NCBI GenBank assembly: GCA_022447855.1
Contig: JAKUTX010000007.1
Location: forward strand, 4,172-68,171
Length of the DNA stretch: 64,000 bases
Source of the DNA: SAR202 cluster bacterium
GTDB lineage: Bacteria > Chloroflexota > Dehalococcoidia > Lucifugimonadales > UBA6927
Direction: 5' to 3'
The notes beneath the pieces were generated by a model. That model searched no databases. It was not told where the DNA came from and was given only the letters and a program-made list of their open reading frames with translations. The position numbers and the translations under genes are program-made. Below, in pieces: positions 20,095 through 30,823 of this stretch. Position 1 is the first letter of the stretch. Each line of letters starts with the position of its first letter.

Positions 20095-21243
20095 TTGATG
20101 GAGCATCTGATGAATCTTGATTTGACTTTCATTCCGGGAGAATTTCTAGAATCTAGTATTTTTGGTGGAATATTTATATTATCAATTTTCTTTTTTTCAT
20201 TTATTGTTGCATTAGTTGCCTTTGTTATTTTGAAACAGCTCGCCAATAGATTGTCTTCTGCGAATTCTAACAGTGTTCTTTCAGAAATATTACATTCTAT
20301 TCGCAAGTCTGTGTTTGTGTTGATTTTATTAATTGGATTGTCATTTTCCTTTTCAATAGTAGGTAATTTTGAAAGTCAACTGTCTCATATTGTTTACGAT
20401 TTTTCAGATCTTTTAAAAACAATTTTGCTACTGATTAGCATTATTTTGATTTCACACTCTTTGGTTAAAGTCATAGGGGTGTTTCTAAAGTGGTACTTAG
20501 AAAACATTGCAGAAAAAACTGAGACAACTTTAGATGATCAATTGATACGACCTTTAATGAGACTCACACCCGTTGTTATTTACTCAATAGGATTATTGGT
20601 GTTGCTCGAAAGTTTAGGGATTTCAATTAGTCCTCTTTTGGCAGGTCTTGGAATTGCAGGTTTAGCAGTTGCTTTGGCGGTTCAGCCATCATTAACTAAT
20701 TTCCTTGCAGGCACTTATGTGATGACAGAGAGTCAGCTAAAGATAGGGGATTATATTGAATTATCAGATGGCACTGCTGGGTTTGTAATTGAAATTGGTT
20801 GGAGGAGTACGAAACTTAGGAGTATTTTAAATAATCTTTTGATTGTGCCTAATTCGACTATTTCGAATAGTGTCATTTTAAATTATTATAGTCCTTCCCC
20901 CGCTTTGAATGTTAGGGTTACATGTGGAGTGAGCTATGATTCTGATCTAGAGCAAGTAGAGCGAGTAACTCTTGAAGAATGCAAGAGGGTTCAGAGTGAA
21001 AGTGTGTCTGCGATTAAAGATCAAGATCCGAGATTTGGATTTGATAGTTTTGATGATTCGAATATTTCGTTTTGGGTTTTTATGCAAGCTACTGATCGTA
21101 TAGGAAGTTTTACTCTGACATCAGAAATAATTAAAGCTATTCATGCGAGATTTCTTTTGGAAGGTATTACAATTAATTATCCTGTTCGAACGTTACAGTT
21201 TCCAGAAGATATAAAAAGTGACTTTTTAAAAAGCCAAACTTAA
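20095..21243 (+). CDS. Small-conductance mechanosensitive channel (MscS family)
   Basis: LAGLGIAGLAVALAVQ, IGWRST, VPNS, GVSYDSD; extra N-terminal transmembrane helices. Confidence 0.93.
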   Translation: MMEHLMNLDLTFIPGEFLESSIFGGIFILSIFFFSFIVALVAFVILKQLANRLSSANSNSVLSEILHSIRKSVFVLILLIGLSFSFSIVGNFESQLSHIVYDFSDLLKTILLLISIILISHSLVKVIGVFLKWYLENIAEKTETTLDDQLIRPLMRLTPVVIYSIGLLVLLESLGISISPLLAGLGIAGLAVALAVQPSLTNFLAGTYVMTESQLKIGDYIELSDGTAGFVIEIGWRSTKLRSILNNLLIVPNSTISNSVILNYYSPSPALNVRVTCGVSYDSDLEQVERVTLEECKRVQSESVSAIKDQDPRFGFDSFDDSNISFWVFMQATDRIGSFTLTSEIIKAIHARFLLEGITINYPVRTLQFPEDIKSDFLKSQT

Positions 21244-21277
21244 ATCTTCGGAAAGTTTATGGATTCTGGATTGAAAA

Positions 21278-23308
21278 TTGATGTCTAACGACAATGAGAT
21301 CGTTGTTGCTCGACTGAGTGGTGGAGCAAACATAGTTTTGAGAATAGGCCCTGATGATCAGCGTATGGTTAAAGTGCTTCTTCGAAGAAATAAGCATGCT
21401 AAATTACCTGCAAGTCGTATCTTGTTTAAAACAGGCCTTTTCATAGATGACTTTTCTGGAATTTTAAAATTTCGGGACGAAATATCTAAAATTGTTTCTG
21501 GAATTGATATTAAATCTCTTTGGCAAAATGTAAAACATAGTAAAGAATCATTCTCAATTCAAAAACTTTCTTCAATTTATTGGGATAATGAACTGAGTCC
21601 CCAAAAATGTACGGCTTTAACTATGGTTATTGAGAGTAAAGAATCAATATATTTTGAAGTTTTAGACAATAGGTATGTTCCACGCGAAGACGCTAAAGTA
21701 ATCCAACTTGAACAAAGGATTAGAAATGAAGAAAAACTTGCTTCAGAAGAATTGGAATTTTCAGAAATTTTAAGAGGTATTAGACAGTTTTCTCAGTTGA
21801 CTGACTATCAAAAAAGACTCCTAGGTTACTTAAGAGATTTCGTAATTGGGGGAAATATTGATTTGAATGGATCTAAAGCGAGAGATTTTTTACAGAAATA
21901 TAAATTTTCAGGAGAATTACGCCGTACTGCCTTTGAGTTATTGCTTAAAATTGGCGAATTAAAATTAGATGATCCAATTGAATTAGAACGTGAGAACATT
22001 CGAGTCGAATTTTCTACTGATGTGATGGATGAAGTTAAATCATTAAATCGAAATTCTGCCCAAGATTCTTTACGAAGAGTAGATTTAAGGTCTTTAGATC
22101 TTTTTACAATTGATAATTCCCATACAATAGATCGCGATGACGCATTGTCTGTGAAAGTTCTTTCACATGACCAAAATGGGCATCCAAATCAGGTTCAAAT
22201 TGGGATACATATAGCAGATGCGTCTGATTTAATCTCTTCTGGAGGATTTATAGATTTAGAGGCAGAGAAAAGAATGTCAACAATATATTTTCCTGAGAAT
22301 ACAGTTTGGATGGTACCAAAATTTCTCATAGAAACTTGCGCTGGACTTAATCCAGGGGTGGATAGATTTGCTCTCACAGTTTTGGTTGATTTTTCAATAG
22401 AAGGTGAAGTTTTGAACTGGGAAATTGTTCCAAGTGTTATTAATTCCAAGATTGCTATGTCGTACGAGGAAGCAGATACAGTCTTAGATAATGATAGATG
22501 GAAATGGAACAAGCAAATTCACATCATTAATTTAATAGCAAAAAAATTAAAGGCCAAAAGGATTAAGAGTGGAGCATTGGACTTGTTACGGCGAGAGATG
22601 GAAATCAAAATCGACGTAACGGAACATATTGATATAACAATTGCTAAGTCATTGATATCCAGAGACTCTGTAGCGGAATTCATGATTTTATATAATCATT
22701 TATTGGCAAAATATTGTCATAATTTTAATATACCGGCAATTTATAGGTCTCAAGAATCACCTACAAACTTTGATCCATTTCATGGTTATGAAGACGGGCC
22801 TTTCAAGAATCATTTAGTATTTAAACAATTGCAACCGGTCTTGGGTGCCAATGATCTTTCAAATCATTGGGGATTGGGGTTACAAGGCTATATCCAATCT
22901 ACATCACCCTTAAGGCGTTATACGGATATGATAATGCAGAGACAGATTTCAAACCATTTGCAATTTTCTACACCTATTTATTCATTAGACGATTTAAGCT
23001 TGATTTTCATGAAATCAGTTGATCAACTCAAATTAATTTCTAGATTAGAGGCAGAAAGAGCTAAATTTTGGTTCTCAAAATTTCTTATTCAACGTAGTGA
23101 ATTGGGGGAAAAGTATTTCCGAGCGGTGGTTTTGGAAAAACGTCATGAGCGTAATGCATTATTAGAGCTTGATGAGTATCCTTTCAAAATTCGAATGAAA
23201 CTCAGTGACTCAATTTTACCTGGAGATAAGGTTTTACTAGAATTTCAAGAGGTAGATTGGATTGTCAGACAGCCAAAATTTAAATTTTGTGACAAAATAA
23301 ATCAATGA
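21278..23308 (+). CDS. RNB-domain exoribonuclease (RNase II/R family)
   Basis: TIDNSHTIDRDDALS, IHIAD, AEFMILYN, HWGLG, TSPLRRYTD. Confidence 0.9.
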   Translation: MMSNDNEIVVARLSGGANIVLRIGPDDQRMVKVLLRRNKHAKLPASRILFKTGLFIDDFSGILKFRDEISKIVSGIDIKSLWQNVKHSKESFSIQKLSSIYWDNELSPQKCTALTMVIESKESIYFEVLDNRYVPREDAKVIQLEQRIRNEEKLASEELEFSEILRGIRQFSQLTDYQKRLLGYLRDFVIGGNIDLNGSKARDFLQKYKFSGELRRTAFELLLKIGELKLDDPIELERENIRVEFSTDVMDEVKSLNRNSAQDSLRRVDLRSLDLFTIDNSHTIDRDDALSVKVLSHDQNGHPNQVQIGIHIADASDLISSGGFIDLEAEKRMSTIYFPENTVWMVPKFLIETCAGLNPGVDRFALTVLVDFSIEGEVLNWEIVPSVINSKIAMSYEEADTVLDNDRWKWNKQIHIINLIAKKLKAKRIKSGALDLLRREMEIKIDVTEHIDITIAKSLISRDSVAEFMILYNHLLAKYCHNFNIPAIYRSQESPTNFDPFHGYEDGPFKNHLVFKQLQPVLGANDLSNHWGLGLQGYIQSTSPLRRYTDMIMQRQISNHLQFSTPIYSLDDLSLIFMKSVDQLKLISRLEAERAKFWFSKFLIQRSELGEKYFRAVVLEKRHERNALLELDEYPFKIRMKLSDSILPGDKVLLEFQEVDWIVRQPKFKFCDKINQ

Positions 23309-23327
23309 GTTCTATTGATTTGTTTGA

Positions 23328-23402
23328 TGGTCGGGGTGGCCGGGATTGAACCGGCGACCTCCTGTTCCCAAAACAGGCGCGCTCCCGCTGCGCCACACCC
23401 CG
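23328..23402 (-). tRNA. tRNA-Pro (anticodon UGG), CCA encoded
   Basis: Minus strand CGGGGTGTGGCGCAGCGGGAGCGCGCCTGTTTTGGGAACAGGAGGTCGCCGGTTCAATCCCGGCCACCCCGACCA; anticodon arm CCTGT-TTTGGGA-ACAGG. Confidence 0.97.
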
Positions 23403-23410
23403 ATTGCTTA

Positions 23411-23439
23411 ATAATATAGCCGTATTGAAAATCATGCAA
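23411..23439 (-). promoter_or_regulatory. Probable promoter of tRNA-Pro
   Basis: Minus strand TTGCAT, 17-nt spacer, TATTAT, ending 8 nt before the tRNA 5' end. Confidence 0.5.
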
Positions 23440-23556
23440 GAGTATTCAAGAGGTACTTAATTATTATCATCTTGCTCTTTATTTACTTATTTGTTGACGT
23501 TGATCGATTAGCAGAATAAAATCCTGTCATTCATCCTAAAATGAGGAGAGACTACT

Positions 23557-24402
23557 ATGGAAGTACTTGGATCGGGAGATTATAGATATCAACGCGTAGA
23601 ATCTTGGCCTAATTTACCCAGAAATTGGCAATTTGGATTGGCATCTGATGGTGCAGTTAATTCAAAGGATGAAATATATATTTTCAGTCGAGGGATTCAT
23701 CCAATAACAATATGGGATATCGAGGGGAACTTCATTTCTAGTTGGGGTGAGGGAGAATTTGGATCTCCTCATGGGATTTTTATCGACCCGGATGATAATG
23801 TTTGGCTTGTAGATTCAAATTATCATTTGGTTACTCAACATAAACCTGACGGTGAAATTTTGAATACATGGGGCCGGAAATTGCAACCCTCAGCGAGTTA
23901 TTTGGGGAAACCATTTAATATGCCTTCTGGATTGGCATTTGCTCCAAATGGTGAAATATTTGTGTCAGATGGTTATGGTGGACATAGAGTTCACAAGTTC
24001 AACTCTAAAGGTGAACTAATGCATTCTTGGGGTAAACAAGGGTCTGGACCAGGTGAATTTGCACTTTTACATAATATTTGGGTTGATAAGAATAGTCGAG
24101 TTTATATCTGTGATAGAGAAAATGACCGCATACAAATTTTTTCAGAGAATGGTGATTTTATTGAAGAATGGACCGACTTGCAGAAACCCGGTGACATTTG
24201 GATTCATAATGATGATGTTTATGTTGTAGAGCAAGGATCTAAAGGTACATGTGGGGTGAGTATTTGGTCTTTAGAAGGAGAGTTAATTACTCGATGGAGG
24301 GGTATTGATGCAGGTCATGGGATTTGTGTTGATTCACATGGGAATATTTATGTCACCGAGATTGGCGATGCAGATAAAGTAAGCAAATTTGAGAGGATTT
24401 AG
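23557..24402 (+). CDS. NHL-repeat beta-propeller protein (peptidyl-alpha-hydroxyglycine lyase-like)
   Basis: Repeats FGSPHGIFIDPDDNVW, FNMPSGLAFAPNGEIFVSDGY, WGKQGSGPGEF, DRENDRIQIF; GAGGAG RBS. Confidence 0.85.
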   Translation: MEVLGSGDYRYQRVESWPNLPRNWQFGLASDGAVNSKDEIYIFSRGIHPITIWDIEGNFISSWGEGEFGSPHGIFIDPDDNVWLVDSNYHLVTQHKPDGEILNTWGRKLQPSASYLGKPFNMPSGLAFAPNGEIFVSDGYGGHRVHKFNSKGELMHSWGKQGSGPGEFALLHNIWVDKNSRVYICDRENDRIQIFSENGDFIEEWTDLQKPGDIWIHNDDVYVVEQGSKGTCGVSIWSLEGELITRWRGIDAGHGICVDSHGNIYVTEIGDADKVSKFERI

Positions 24403-24487
24403 TTATTTTTTTGATCAATGATTGAATCTAATTATATACTGTGTAAAAATCCCAAACAGTCCAAATCTTTTTCAAAGCGTGTAGTAG

Positions 24488-25729
24488 TTGAGTGTTCCAA
24501 GGCTTGTATCGTCATTTTCTAATCGTAATTATAGATTGTTGTGGTGTGCAAATTGGATAGAATATTCGACAAGGAATATGCAAATTGTTTTACTTGCATG
24601 GTTTGTACTAGATTTGACAGATTCTCCCTTTTTAGTAGCATTAGTCGCTTTTTTTGGTATGGCACCAAGTTTCTTGTTAGGAATGATAGGAGGGTGGTTA
24701 GCAGACCGAGTAAATAAGCGTAAGCTGATGATTTTCTCAGGTTTTTTGGGATTATGTATTGCTTTGATGATGTTAGTTGCAATATCATTTTTTGCAGTCC
24801 ATTTTTGGTATGGATATATTGTGATCTTTGCAGTCGGATTTGCTACTGCGATTACTAATCCCTCTCGCAGATCTCTTTATATTGAACTTCTAGGTCCAAA
24901 AGGTGTAACAAATGGGGCCGCTTTGGATGGAGTGGGGATGCAATCAAGCAAAATGCTTGGTCCAATAGTTGCTGGTGGATTAATTGCATTTTTTGGAATT
25001 CAAGGTGGCTATTTGGTTGTTTCATTTTTGTACTTTATTGGCCTGATTTTGATATATAGGATCAGATTTCCTGATCATCAAAATCTCTTTGTATCTAATG
25101 ATAGGTATCAAATTTTGAACAATATTAAAGAAGGTTTAGTTTATGCACTGTCGAACAAGGTCATTTTTAGTACACTTTTAATAACAATAGTAATGAACAT
25201 GTTATATTTCCCGTTTCAGCCAATGGTGCCAGTAATTGCAAGAGACGTCCTGCAAGTTGGACCATTGTTGATGGGAATCCTTTTTGCATCTGAAGGTTTT
25301 GGAGCTGTGTTAGGTTCACTTTTGATTGCAAGTAGAAGCTCAATTATTTTCCAAGGTAGATATTATATTTTGGGTTCATTTTTTGCAGCATCGGGTCTTC
25401 TATTTTTTGGTGTTTCAAATTCATACATTCTTGCTTATTTTGCTCTTCTGATTGCGGGGATAGGTGTTTCAGGATTTGCAACTATGCAGTCAACAATTGT
25501 ATTAATTACCGCACGTGAAAATGTTCGAGGTCGTGCATTGGGTGTGATTACCTTAGGGATAGGTACACAACCAATTGGAGCTTTAATAATTGGAGCTTTA
25601 GCGAGTTTTCAAGGTCCTGTTTTTGCTGTAACTATCCACTCAACTCTTGCAATTATATTAGTTAGTTTAGTAGCTGTATTATTTCGGAAGCTTTGGGGAC
25701 GAATATCAGTTGATAATGTTCAAAAATGA
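24488..25729 (+). CDS. MFS transporter (MFS_3/DHA3-like)
   Basis: About 12 hydrophobic segments; NRNYRLLW, GWLADRVNKRK, RGRALG. Confidence 0.9.
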   Translation: MSVPRLVSSFSNRNYRLLWCANWIEYSTRNMQIVLLAWFVLDLTDSPFLVALVAFFGMAPSFLLGMIGGWLADRVNKRKLMIFSGFLGLCIALMMLVAISFFAVHFWYGYIVIFAVGFATAITNPSRRSLYIELLGPKGVTNGAALDGVGMQSSKMLGPIVAGGLIAFFGIQGGYLVVSFLYFIGLILIYRIRFPDHQNLFVSNDRYQILNNIKEGLVYALSNKVIFSTLLITIVMNMLYFPFQPMVPVIARDVLQVGPLLMGILFASEGFGAVLGSLLIASRSSIIFQGRYYILGSFFAASGLLFFGVSNSYILAYFALLIAGIGVSGFATMQSTIVLITARENVRGRALGVITLGIGTQPIGALIIGALASFQGPVFAVTIHSTLAIILVSLVAVLFRKLWGRISVDNVQK

Positions 25730-25738
25730 GTTTAAAAA

Positions 25739-28700
25739 TCAATTATCTCTTTTGAATATGTTTGGTATTGAATGGAAGAAAATTTGATAAACAATTGGAA
25801 CTACTAATAAAGTCAGGAATGTTGAACTAACCAATCCACCTATTACAACTGTTGCAAGTTCTGAACCTACTAGTCCGTTAGTTTCTGATGCTAAAGCCAA
25901 AGGTATTAAGGCAAAGATAGTTGCAAATGCTGTCATCAAAATTGGACGGACTCTTACTTTGCCTCCTTCAATGATTGCATCATAAGTACTAAAGCCTTTA
26001 GCACGTAGTTGCTCTACAAATACAATTAGCACTACAGCATTTGTTACAACTACGCCAATTAGAAGTAAAAACCCCATCATTGCAGGCAATCCTAATGGTT
26101 TCCCTGTAATGAATAGCAAGACTAAAGCTCCGACAATTGAAAGTGGTAAGTAAATCATAATAATCATTGGGCTTCTTAGTGAACCCATAGTTGCAACCAT
26201 TACGAGATAGACTAAAACAATACCAACCCCCATAGCCAAGAAGATATCTTGGAATCCTTCAGCGATTTGATCAAAAATTCCTCCGGATGAAACCTTAACG
26301 CCAGTAGGGAGGTTCATAGAGTCAATAACTGATTGAACTTCTCTTCCAACAGATTGGGTGTCGTCACTTGTAATATCTCCAATGATTAAGGCAGTTCTTT
26401 TTCCGTCAACCCGTGTAATTGTTACTGCACTTGGTTCAATGGTCCTCTTTGCGATACTATCTAAAGTTGTTTCTCCAGCAGGTCCTGATATTGTATTACT
26501 TCCTAGTTTCTTAAGGTCTGAAATATCATCAGGATTGCTTCTGATCATGATTGTATAATTTTTACCATCTATTTCTATTTCACTTACTTGAGTTCCAGAC
26601 ATTATTGATCGCATTTGGAAGGCTATGCTCATCGTACTTAGACCTATTGATGAAGCTTTTTCTTGATCTACAGTCCAAACTATTTCATCTTTCCCTTCAG
26701 ACGCATTATTGCTTATGTTAGAAATACCTTCAATTTTTGACAATTTGGTTTCTAAATTTTGTGAAACTGATTGAATTTCTTGAAAATTTGGACCTGATAT
26801 GTTTAGCTCTACACCACCTTGAGGTGGTCCACCTGCAATTTCTGTTACCTTGATAATTGCGTCATCAATTCCAGACAACCTTTCCTGAATAGTTTCGGCA
26901 AGTTTTTCAGGAGGGTCTTCATATAGATTGACAAAAATCAATCCTGAGTTTGTTGAGTCAGAAGAGCCTGACCAAAAATCGGCAGATCCGATAGTGGTTG
27001 AATAATTTTCGACAATTTTGGATTCGTAGTACTCATCAATCACCTTTTCAATTTCTAAAATAGTCTGATTTGTACGATTGATAGATGTTCCCGGAGGCAT
27101 TGATGCACTTATAGATATTGCCTCTGGATTTCCGCTTGAGAAGAAGGTAACTGGTATTTGAAATAATAAACCTAAACTAGATAGAGTAATTAGAATTGCT
27201 AAAGATAGTGAAATTAATTTATGAGACAAAGACCATTTAAGCATTGATCCATAGATTTTTTGCAGTGTTGATGGTTTTTTTAAATCAGATTCAGTTAAAT
27301 CACCTGGGCGAATAATAAAAGATCCCAAAACTGGAATTGCAGTAATTGAAACAATTCCTGATGCGATTAGTGCGAGGCTTACTGCAAGTGCGAATGGACT
27401 AAAAAATTCTCCTACCAATCCTTCGATGAATGCTAATGGTACAAAAACAACTACAGTTGCTAATGTAGACGCAACAATTGGGGGTAACACTTCTCGAGTT
27501 GCAGTCATAGCAGCTTTTATTCTATCCTCGCCCATTTGAATATGACGATAGATATTTTCTATGACTACAATACTATCATCTACAACTCTGCCTACAGAAA
27601 TTGCTAGTCCTGCTAGGGACATTAAATTTAAAGCTACGTCTGTCAGATAATACATTAGCATTATTGCAGTTAATATACTTAATGGTATGGAGGCAATGAT
27701 TACTAAAGTTGGGCGGATTCCCATGCTTAAACCTTTTAAAATGTTAGGTTTGAAATTTACTAGGAAAATGAAAACTATCATTATCGCAAAAAGGAATCCA
27801 TAAAATCCTTCTTTTATAAGGGTATTTAGTGATTCTTTGATTTCTGGTCCGTCATTAGTTATTTCTACAATTGATATTCCCATAGGAAGATTAATGTCTG
27901 AAAGGGTTCCTTGAATACTTTCAGTTACGTCTACCGTATTGGCTGTTGGATCCTTAATAATTGATAGTTTAAGGCTAGTTTCTCCATTCGTGCGAGAAAT
28001 GCTATTGGAAGGTTTTTCGGCAATTAAAACTTCTCCTATATCCGAAACACAAATGGGTAACGGTGCTGTAATATCTTTAGAATTTGCGTCATAGAATTCT
28101 TTTATTTGTGTGTAGCATCGTGGGATATTTGGAGGGAGATCATTTAATGATTCTGATAATGGGACTGCTGGCAGTTGGTTAGAAGGGAAAGAATTTCCAG
28201 AATTATTGCTTTCAGAGTTAAAATTTGGTCGGCTTGTACCAATAATTAGATTTCTAATTGAATCTAATGAATTTATGCGACTACGTACTTTTACTGTCTT
28301 GTTTGTGACTCCATCATCAATGCTACCTGATGGTAAATCCATATTGTTTTGGGCAATAGAATATTGCAATTGTTGAGATGTGATCCCGTATTTTTTCATG
28401 GAATCACGATTTAAGATTATTTGAACTTCTTGATCATTACCACCGATTAAATTTACTGAGCTAACACCAGAAACCTTCGAGATTTGTGGTGTAATATTTT
28501 CTTCTATATATAATTGTAAAGCACTTAAAAGTGTTAGGCTTTGTTGGTTATTTGCAGGTATGTCATATGTATTCCAAAACTCATTATTTGCGGTAATTGA
28601 TAGTTCCATTGTAGGGAATGCGTCTGAATTGATGCGTTGTACGAATGGGCCTTGAACGCCAGTAGGCACATTAAGGTCAGCAATAGAACTGTTTAGCTCT

Positions 28701-29020
28701 GTTTCCGCTTTAGATAGATCTTTTTTGAAATCAAATGTAACAGTGATATTGGATGAAGTATTAGTAGATGTCGAACGGATTTCTTTAATTCCGGATATTC
28801 CAGATATGGAATTTTCAATTGGTTCAGTAATTTCTCTTGTGATTGCTTCAGGATTAGAGTTTGGATAAATAGTGACAATAAAAAGATTTGGGAATTCAAT
28901 TTGAGGGAATAATTCTCTTTGCATGTTAATGTAAGAATTAATAGATATTATTGTTAACATGATGATTGCTAGAATAGTAACTGGCCGACTACGCATAGCT
29001 ATCTGGGTTATGAAATGCAC
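25739..29020 (-). CDS. RND family permease (AcrB/SwrC-like)
   Basis: GRVVDDSIVVIENI, GVVVTNAVVL, RVRPILMTA, VVIGGLVSSTFLTL. Confidence 0.95.
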   Translation of the reverse strand: MHFITQIAMRSRPVTILAIIMLTIISINSYINMQRELFPQIEFPNLFIVTIYPNSNPEAITREITEPIENSISGISGIKEIRSTSTNTSSNITVTFDFKKDLSKAETELNSSIADLNVPTGVQGPFVQRINSDAFPTMELSITANNEFWNTYDIPANNQQSLTLLSALQLYIEENITPQISKVSGVSSVNLIGGNDQEVQIILNRDSMKKYGITSQQLQYSIAQNNMDLPSGSIDDGVTNKTVKVRSRINSLDSIRNLIIGTSRPNFNSESNNSGNSFPSNQLPAVPLSESLNDLPPNIPRCYTQIKEFYDANSKDITAPLPICVSDIGEVLIAEKPSNSISRTNGETSLKLSIIKDPTANTVDVTESIQGTLSDINLPMGISIVEITNDGPEIKESLNTLIKEGFYGFLFAIMIVFIFLVNFKPNILKGLSMGIRPTLVIIASIPLSILTAIMLMYYLTDVALNLMSLAGLAISVGRVVDDSIVVIENIYRHIQMGEDRIKAAMTATREVLPPIVASTLATVVVFVPLAFIEGLVGEFFSPFALAVSLALIASGIVSITAIPVLGSFIIRPGDLTESDLKKPSTLQKIYGSMLKWSLSHKLISLSLAILITLSSLGLLFQIPVTFFSSGNPEAISISASMPPGTSINRTNQTILEIEKVIDEYYESKIVENYSTTIGSADFWSGSSDSTNSGLIFVNLYEDPPEKLAETIQERLSGIDDAIIKVTEIAGGPPQGGVELNISGPNFQEIQSVSQNLETKLSKIEGISNISNNASEGKDEIVWTVDQEKASSIGLSTMSIAFQMRSIMSGTQVSEIEIDGKNYTIMIRSNPDDISDLKKLGSNTISGPAGETTLDSIAKRTIEPSAVTITRVDGKRTALIIGDITSDDTQSVGREVQSVIDSMNLPTGVKVSSGGIFDQIAEGFQDIFLAMGVGIVLVYLVMVATMGSLRSPMIIMIYLPLSIVGALVLLFITGKPLGLPAMMGFLLLIGVVVTNAVVLIVFVEQLRAKGFSTYDAIIEGGKVRVRPILMTAFATIFALIPLALASETNGLVGSELATVVIGGLVSSTFLTLLVVPIVYQIFFHSIPNIFKRDN

Positions 29021-29148
29021 CGGAATTCCTCCAAAAGGATAATTTGTATGCTCAAATTTTGATTGATAAGGAGTTGTTCGTTATTAAACTAATATTATAA
29101 TTAAGAGCATTTAATTCGAAGAGAGACATTTATATATTTTTTGAATGA

Positions 29149-29925
29149 TTATATTCCCATTATATTGTATCCAGTGTCGACATGTAATATTTCACCCGTG
29201 ATTCCACTGGAAAGATCGCTACATAAGAATAAAGCTGCTTTTGAAACTTCTTCTGGTGTAATATTTCTTCTCATGGGAGCTCGTTCAGCATGTGCTGTTT
29301 TCATTACTCTATAATGGCTGATTACTCGTGATGAAAGAGTGTCTAACGGACCAGCGGACACTGCATTAACTCTAATATTGTCAGGGCCAAGATCTGACGC
29401 TAGTTGTCGCACAATGTTTTCGAGGGCTGCTTTAGCAGTACCCATCACATTGTAACCTGGGAATACTTGGTTAGATGCATTAAAAGTAAGAGTAATTATA
29501 TTTCCCCCATCACTCATGATTCTTGATCCGTGTTTAGCTATGGAGATTAATGAATATGCAGAAATATCTAGGGCAGTCGTGAATCCTTCACGAGGGGTAT
29601 CAACAAATCTTCCTCCAAGGTCTTCTCTGTTAGCGAAAGCAATACTGTGAACAATAGTGTCCAATTTGCCTAGGGATTTTTCTGCATTTTTGAAGGTTGT
29701 TTTAACGTTTTCTTCATCACTAACATCGCATTCAATTAAAGTGGTATCATCATCCCATTTTTCGACTAATTCAGAAACTCGTTCCTTTACTCGTTCATTT
29801 TGATATGCTATAGCAAGTTTCATTCCAGCTTGGTGAAGTATTTCAGCGATTCCCCATGCGATACTTCTATGATTTGCAACCCCGAATATTATTCCCGATT
29901 TTCCAGACAGATTAATTGGATACAT
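29149..29925 (-). CDS. fabI: Enoyl-ACP reductase FabI
   Basis: GVANHRSIAWGIA, HSIAFA, DISAYSL, YNVMGTAKAALE. Confidence 0.95.
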   Translation of the reverse strand: MYPINLSGKSGIIFGVANHRSIAWGIAEILHQAGMKLAIAYQNERVKERVSELVEKWDDDTTLIECDVSDEENVKTTFKNAEKSLGKLDTIVHSIAFANREDLGGRFVDTPREGFTTALDISAYSLISIAKHGSRIMSDGGNIITLTFNASNQVFPGYNVMGTAKAALENIVRQLASDLGPDNIRVNAVSAGPLDTLSSRVISHYRVMKTAHAERAPMRRNITPEEVSKAALFLCSDLSSGITGEILHVDTGYNIMGI

Positions 29926-30793
29926 TATTTTTCTCCACTAGAATTTTTTTCTCTACATAGTTGTTTAGTTTTATAAGGACTTTATTATGTTCATTTATGT
30001 TCAAACCGTCTACGGTATATTCATTTAAAGTGCTTACTCCATCTACGGCTCCGTATTTTACACATTTTTCCAATAAGTTTTGTTCTGACTTAGGATTGGG
30101 CAACAAATTTTTTCCGTACAAAATTGATAATGCTGCGACGAGTCCATAACCTCCCCAATTTGAAACAGTACTTACTATTAAATTAGTTGTTTTAGTTATG
30201 CAAGGTTCATTTATAGGAAAAGGTAATGGAAGACTTGGAATCAAATTTGACAAATTGCCCATTCCAATTTCATTCCCTCCGTCACCTATTCCGATTGAGT
30301 TGTTATGTAGTTCAAATAAGTGATCAATTCGAGCATTAAAATCTGTCATGTCAATGCCCCGCATGTTTCTATAGTCATTATGTTTTGTTTGCCCACATCT
30401 CTCAATAGATATTAATAGCGAGGGATTGATATGACTTAAGATTTTCTTTGAATATTCGATACTTTCTTTTTGGTTTAAAAATGGAAAGACTTGTACTCTT
30501 TCATTGTTTTTAACAAGAAATTTGATTAATCCTGATGAATATTTGTCTGTAATGTAGATTGTTTTATTCCCTATAGCATTTAATGCATTGCCAATGGCAA
30601 TGGCTCCAAGAGGGCCATCTGTTTCGGGCATTTTACCTTTGATTATGTAAAATCCAGTTGTAATGATTGTGGTTCCAGGGTTTTGTAAGATTAAATTGGC
30701 TGCCTGTTCGCAATAATTGCTAGGTAAATATTTTGCTAGGGTAGACATACCTCTTTTGTCGTTACTTAGAATTAGTTCTTCAATTGTAGACAC
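29912..30793 (-). CDS. D-glutamate cyclase-like C-terminal domain protein (DUF4392)
   Basis: TTGF, ETDGPLGA, ISIERCG, YRNMRG, GIGDGGNEIGMG, VSNWGGY. Confidence 0.85.
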   Translation of the reverse strand: MSTIEELILSNDKRGMSTLAKYLPSNYCEQAANLILQNPGTTIITTGFYIIKGKMPETDGPLGAIAIGNALNAIGNKTIYITDKYSSGLIKFLVKNNERVQVFPFLNQKESIEYSKKILSHINPSLLISIERCGQTKHNDYRNMRGIDMTDFNARIDHLFELHNNSIGIGDGGNEIGMGNLSNLIPSLPLPFPINEPCITKTTNLIVSTVSNWGGYGLVAALSILYGKNLLPNPKSEQNLLEKCVKYGAVDGVSTLNEYTVDGLNINEHNKVLIKLNNYVEKKILVEKNNVSN

Positions 30794-30823
30794 ATCGGAA
30801 TCCTTAAATGATTGAAGTCAAAA

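Noticed and set aside
23328-29020. tRNA-Pro as an integration site for an island carrying NHL, MFS and RND genes
   Set aside because: No integrase, no duplicated tRNA 3' end seen, no obvious composition shift, and these genes lie on the tRNA 5' side
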